In this document: in pieces, positions 62,790 through 64,000 of the stretch | Position numbering within the stretch: the stretch's first letter is position 1 | Layout of the letters: each line of letters starts with the position of its first letter | Assembly: GCA_037441705.1 (NCBI GenBank) | Contig: JBBIRR010000001.1 | Coordinates: 64,001 to 128,000 of the forward strand | Direction of reading: 5' to 3' | Source: Ignavibacteriales bacterium | GTDB lineage: Bacteria > Bacteroidota > Ignavibacteria > UBA10030 > UBA6906 | Length of the DNA: 64,000 bases | The notes under the pieces: generated by a model | Database searches by the model: none | What the model was told of the DNA's origin: nothing | What the model saw: only the letters and a program-made list of their open reading frames with translations | Program-made: the position numbers and the translations under genes

Positions 62790-64000
62790 CTACGACTCCT
62801 CGTCCATCGAGAGCACGGCGAGGAACGCCTCCTGCGGTATCTCGACTCTTCCTATCTGCTTCATGCGTTTCTTTCCCTCTTTCTGCTTTTCCAGCAGCTT
62901 GCGTTTGCGGGTGATGTCGCCGCCGTAGCATTTGGCAAGAACGTTTTTGCGCATCGGAGAGATCGTCTCGCGTGCAATCACTTTGCTGCCGATGGCGGCC
63001 TGAATCGCCACCTCGAACATTTGACGCGGAATGAGTTTCCGGAGTTTACCGCAGAGCTTCTTGCCCCATTCGTGAGCTTTGTCCCGATGCACAATCGTCG
63101 AGAACGCATCCACCGGTTCCCCGTTCAGGAGGATGTCGAGCTTGACGAGGTCGGCTTCGCGAAAGCCGATGATCTCGTAGTCGAATGAAGCATAGCCGCG
63201 GCTCAAGGATTTCAACTTATCATAAAAATCAAAAATGATTTCCGACAGCGGCATCTCGTACTGAATGTCTGCACGCGTGGGATCGAGATACGTCGTGTTC
63301 TTGTAGATGCCGCGTCGATCCATGCACAGCTTCATGATGTTGCCGACATACTCCGTCGGGACGATGATCTGCGCTTTGATGAACGGCTCTTCGATCTTCT
63401 CAATCTCTCCCAGCGGTGGCATCAGCGAGGGGTTGTCCACAAACACGACCTCACCGTTGCGTTTGGTAACCCGGTATTCGACGTTCGGGACGGTGTTGAT
63501 GATGTTCTGATTGTACTCGCGCTCCAGCCGCTGTTGCACGATCTCCATGTGCAGCAGACCGAGATAGCCGCAGCGGAAGCCAAATCCCAGAGCCGCCGAG
63601 GTTTCCGGCTCGAAGATGAGGGCCGAATCATTCAGACGAAGTTTTTCGATCGAAGCACGCAGATCCTCGAAATCCTCGGCGTTGGTCGGATAGACGCCGC
63701 TGAACACCATCGGCTTGACCACTTTGTAGCCTGGCAATGGCTCGGTGGCCGGGTTATGCGCCGAGGTGACCGTGTCGCCCACTTTCGTATCGTGCACATC
63801 CCGGATGCCGGCAATCAAGTAGCCGACGTTGCCCGCGGTCAGCTCGCCCGTCCGGATCTTCTTCATCCCGAGGATGCCGACCTCTTCCGCCTCAAAGACT
63901 TTTCCGTTGTGAAAGAAGCGGACCTTTTCTCGTTCACGCAGCGTCCCATCAAAGACGCGCAGATACACGATCGAGCCGCGATACGTATCGAACACGGAAT
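62790..64000 (-). CDS. lepA: Elongation factor 4 / LepA (5' part outside the window)
   Basis: [47 protein letters not shown]. Confidence 0.97.
   Translation of the reverse strand, partial: SVFDTYRGSIVYLRVFDGTLREREKVRFFHNGKVFEAEEVGILGMKKIRTGELTAGNVGYLIAGIRDVHDTKVGDTVTSAHNPATEPLPGYKVVKPMVFSGVYPTNAEDFEDLRASIEKLRLNDSALIFEPETSAALGFGFRCGYLGLLHMEIVQQRLEREYNQNIINTVPNVEYRVTKRNGEVVFVDNPSLMPPLGEIEKIEEPFIKAQIIVPTEYVGNIMKLCMDRRGIYKNTTYLDPTRADIQYEMPLSEIIFDFYDKLKSLSRGYASFDYEIIGFREADLVKLDILLNGEPVDAFSTIVHRDKAHEWGKKLCGKLRKLIPRQMFEVAIQAAIGSKVIARETISPMRKNVLAKCYGGDITRKRKLLEKQKEGKKRMKQIGRVEIPQEAFLAVLSMDEES

Overview
About 49 kb of this window (1-49.2 kb, all minus strand) is a flagellar supercluster. It holds a four-gene glycosylation/modification island, sigma28-driven fliC-fliS-fliD-flaG-fliT-flgM, a NarL-type regulator, a PAS kinase plus sigma54 enhancer-binding protein, a sigma54-preceded accessory signalling operon, flgBC-fliEFGHIJ-fliK-flgDE, fliLMNOPQR-flhBAFG-fliA, a second HDOD/GAF-kinase pair and flgFG (flgG runs off the left edge). 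The remainder is housekeeping: PLP class V enzyme, receiver protein, CAAX protease, dipeptidase, TonB-dependent receptor, DASS transporter, oxidoreductase, MOSC protein, hemW, two lepB and a partial lepA. The receptor type, the lepA-lepB-lepB-hemW order and recurring TTG-N19/20-TAnATTG promoter motifs suggest an FCB-group (Ignavibacteria/Bacteroidota-related) organism; this is inference. The most interesting candidates are: (1) a NodS-like methyltransferase plus a NodB-like deacetylase/GT2/TPR/methyltransferase fusion next to a minimal flagellin; (2) a stand-alone sigma28 region-4 protein with a degenerate recognition helix right after fliA, a possible FlgM decoy; (3) a twice-repeated HDOD + soluble GAF-kinase module; (4) a 16-bp motif upstream of all three sigma54 promoters; (5) a double-hairpin leader between the TIGR02530-type gene and flgE. 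All family calls come from reading motifs by eye, with no database search. No rRNA, tRNA, CRISPR array or transposase was recognised.
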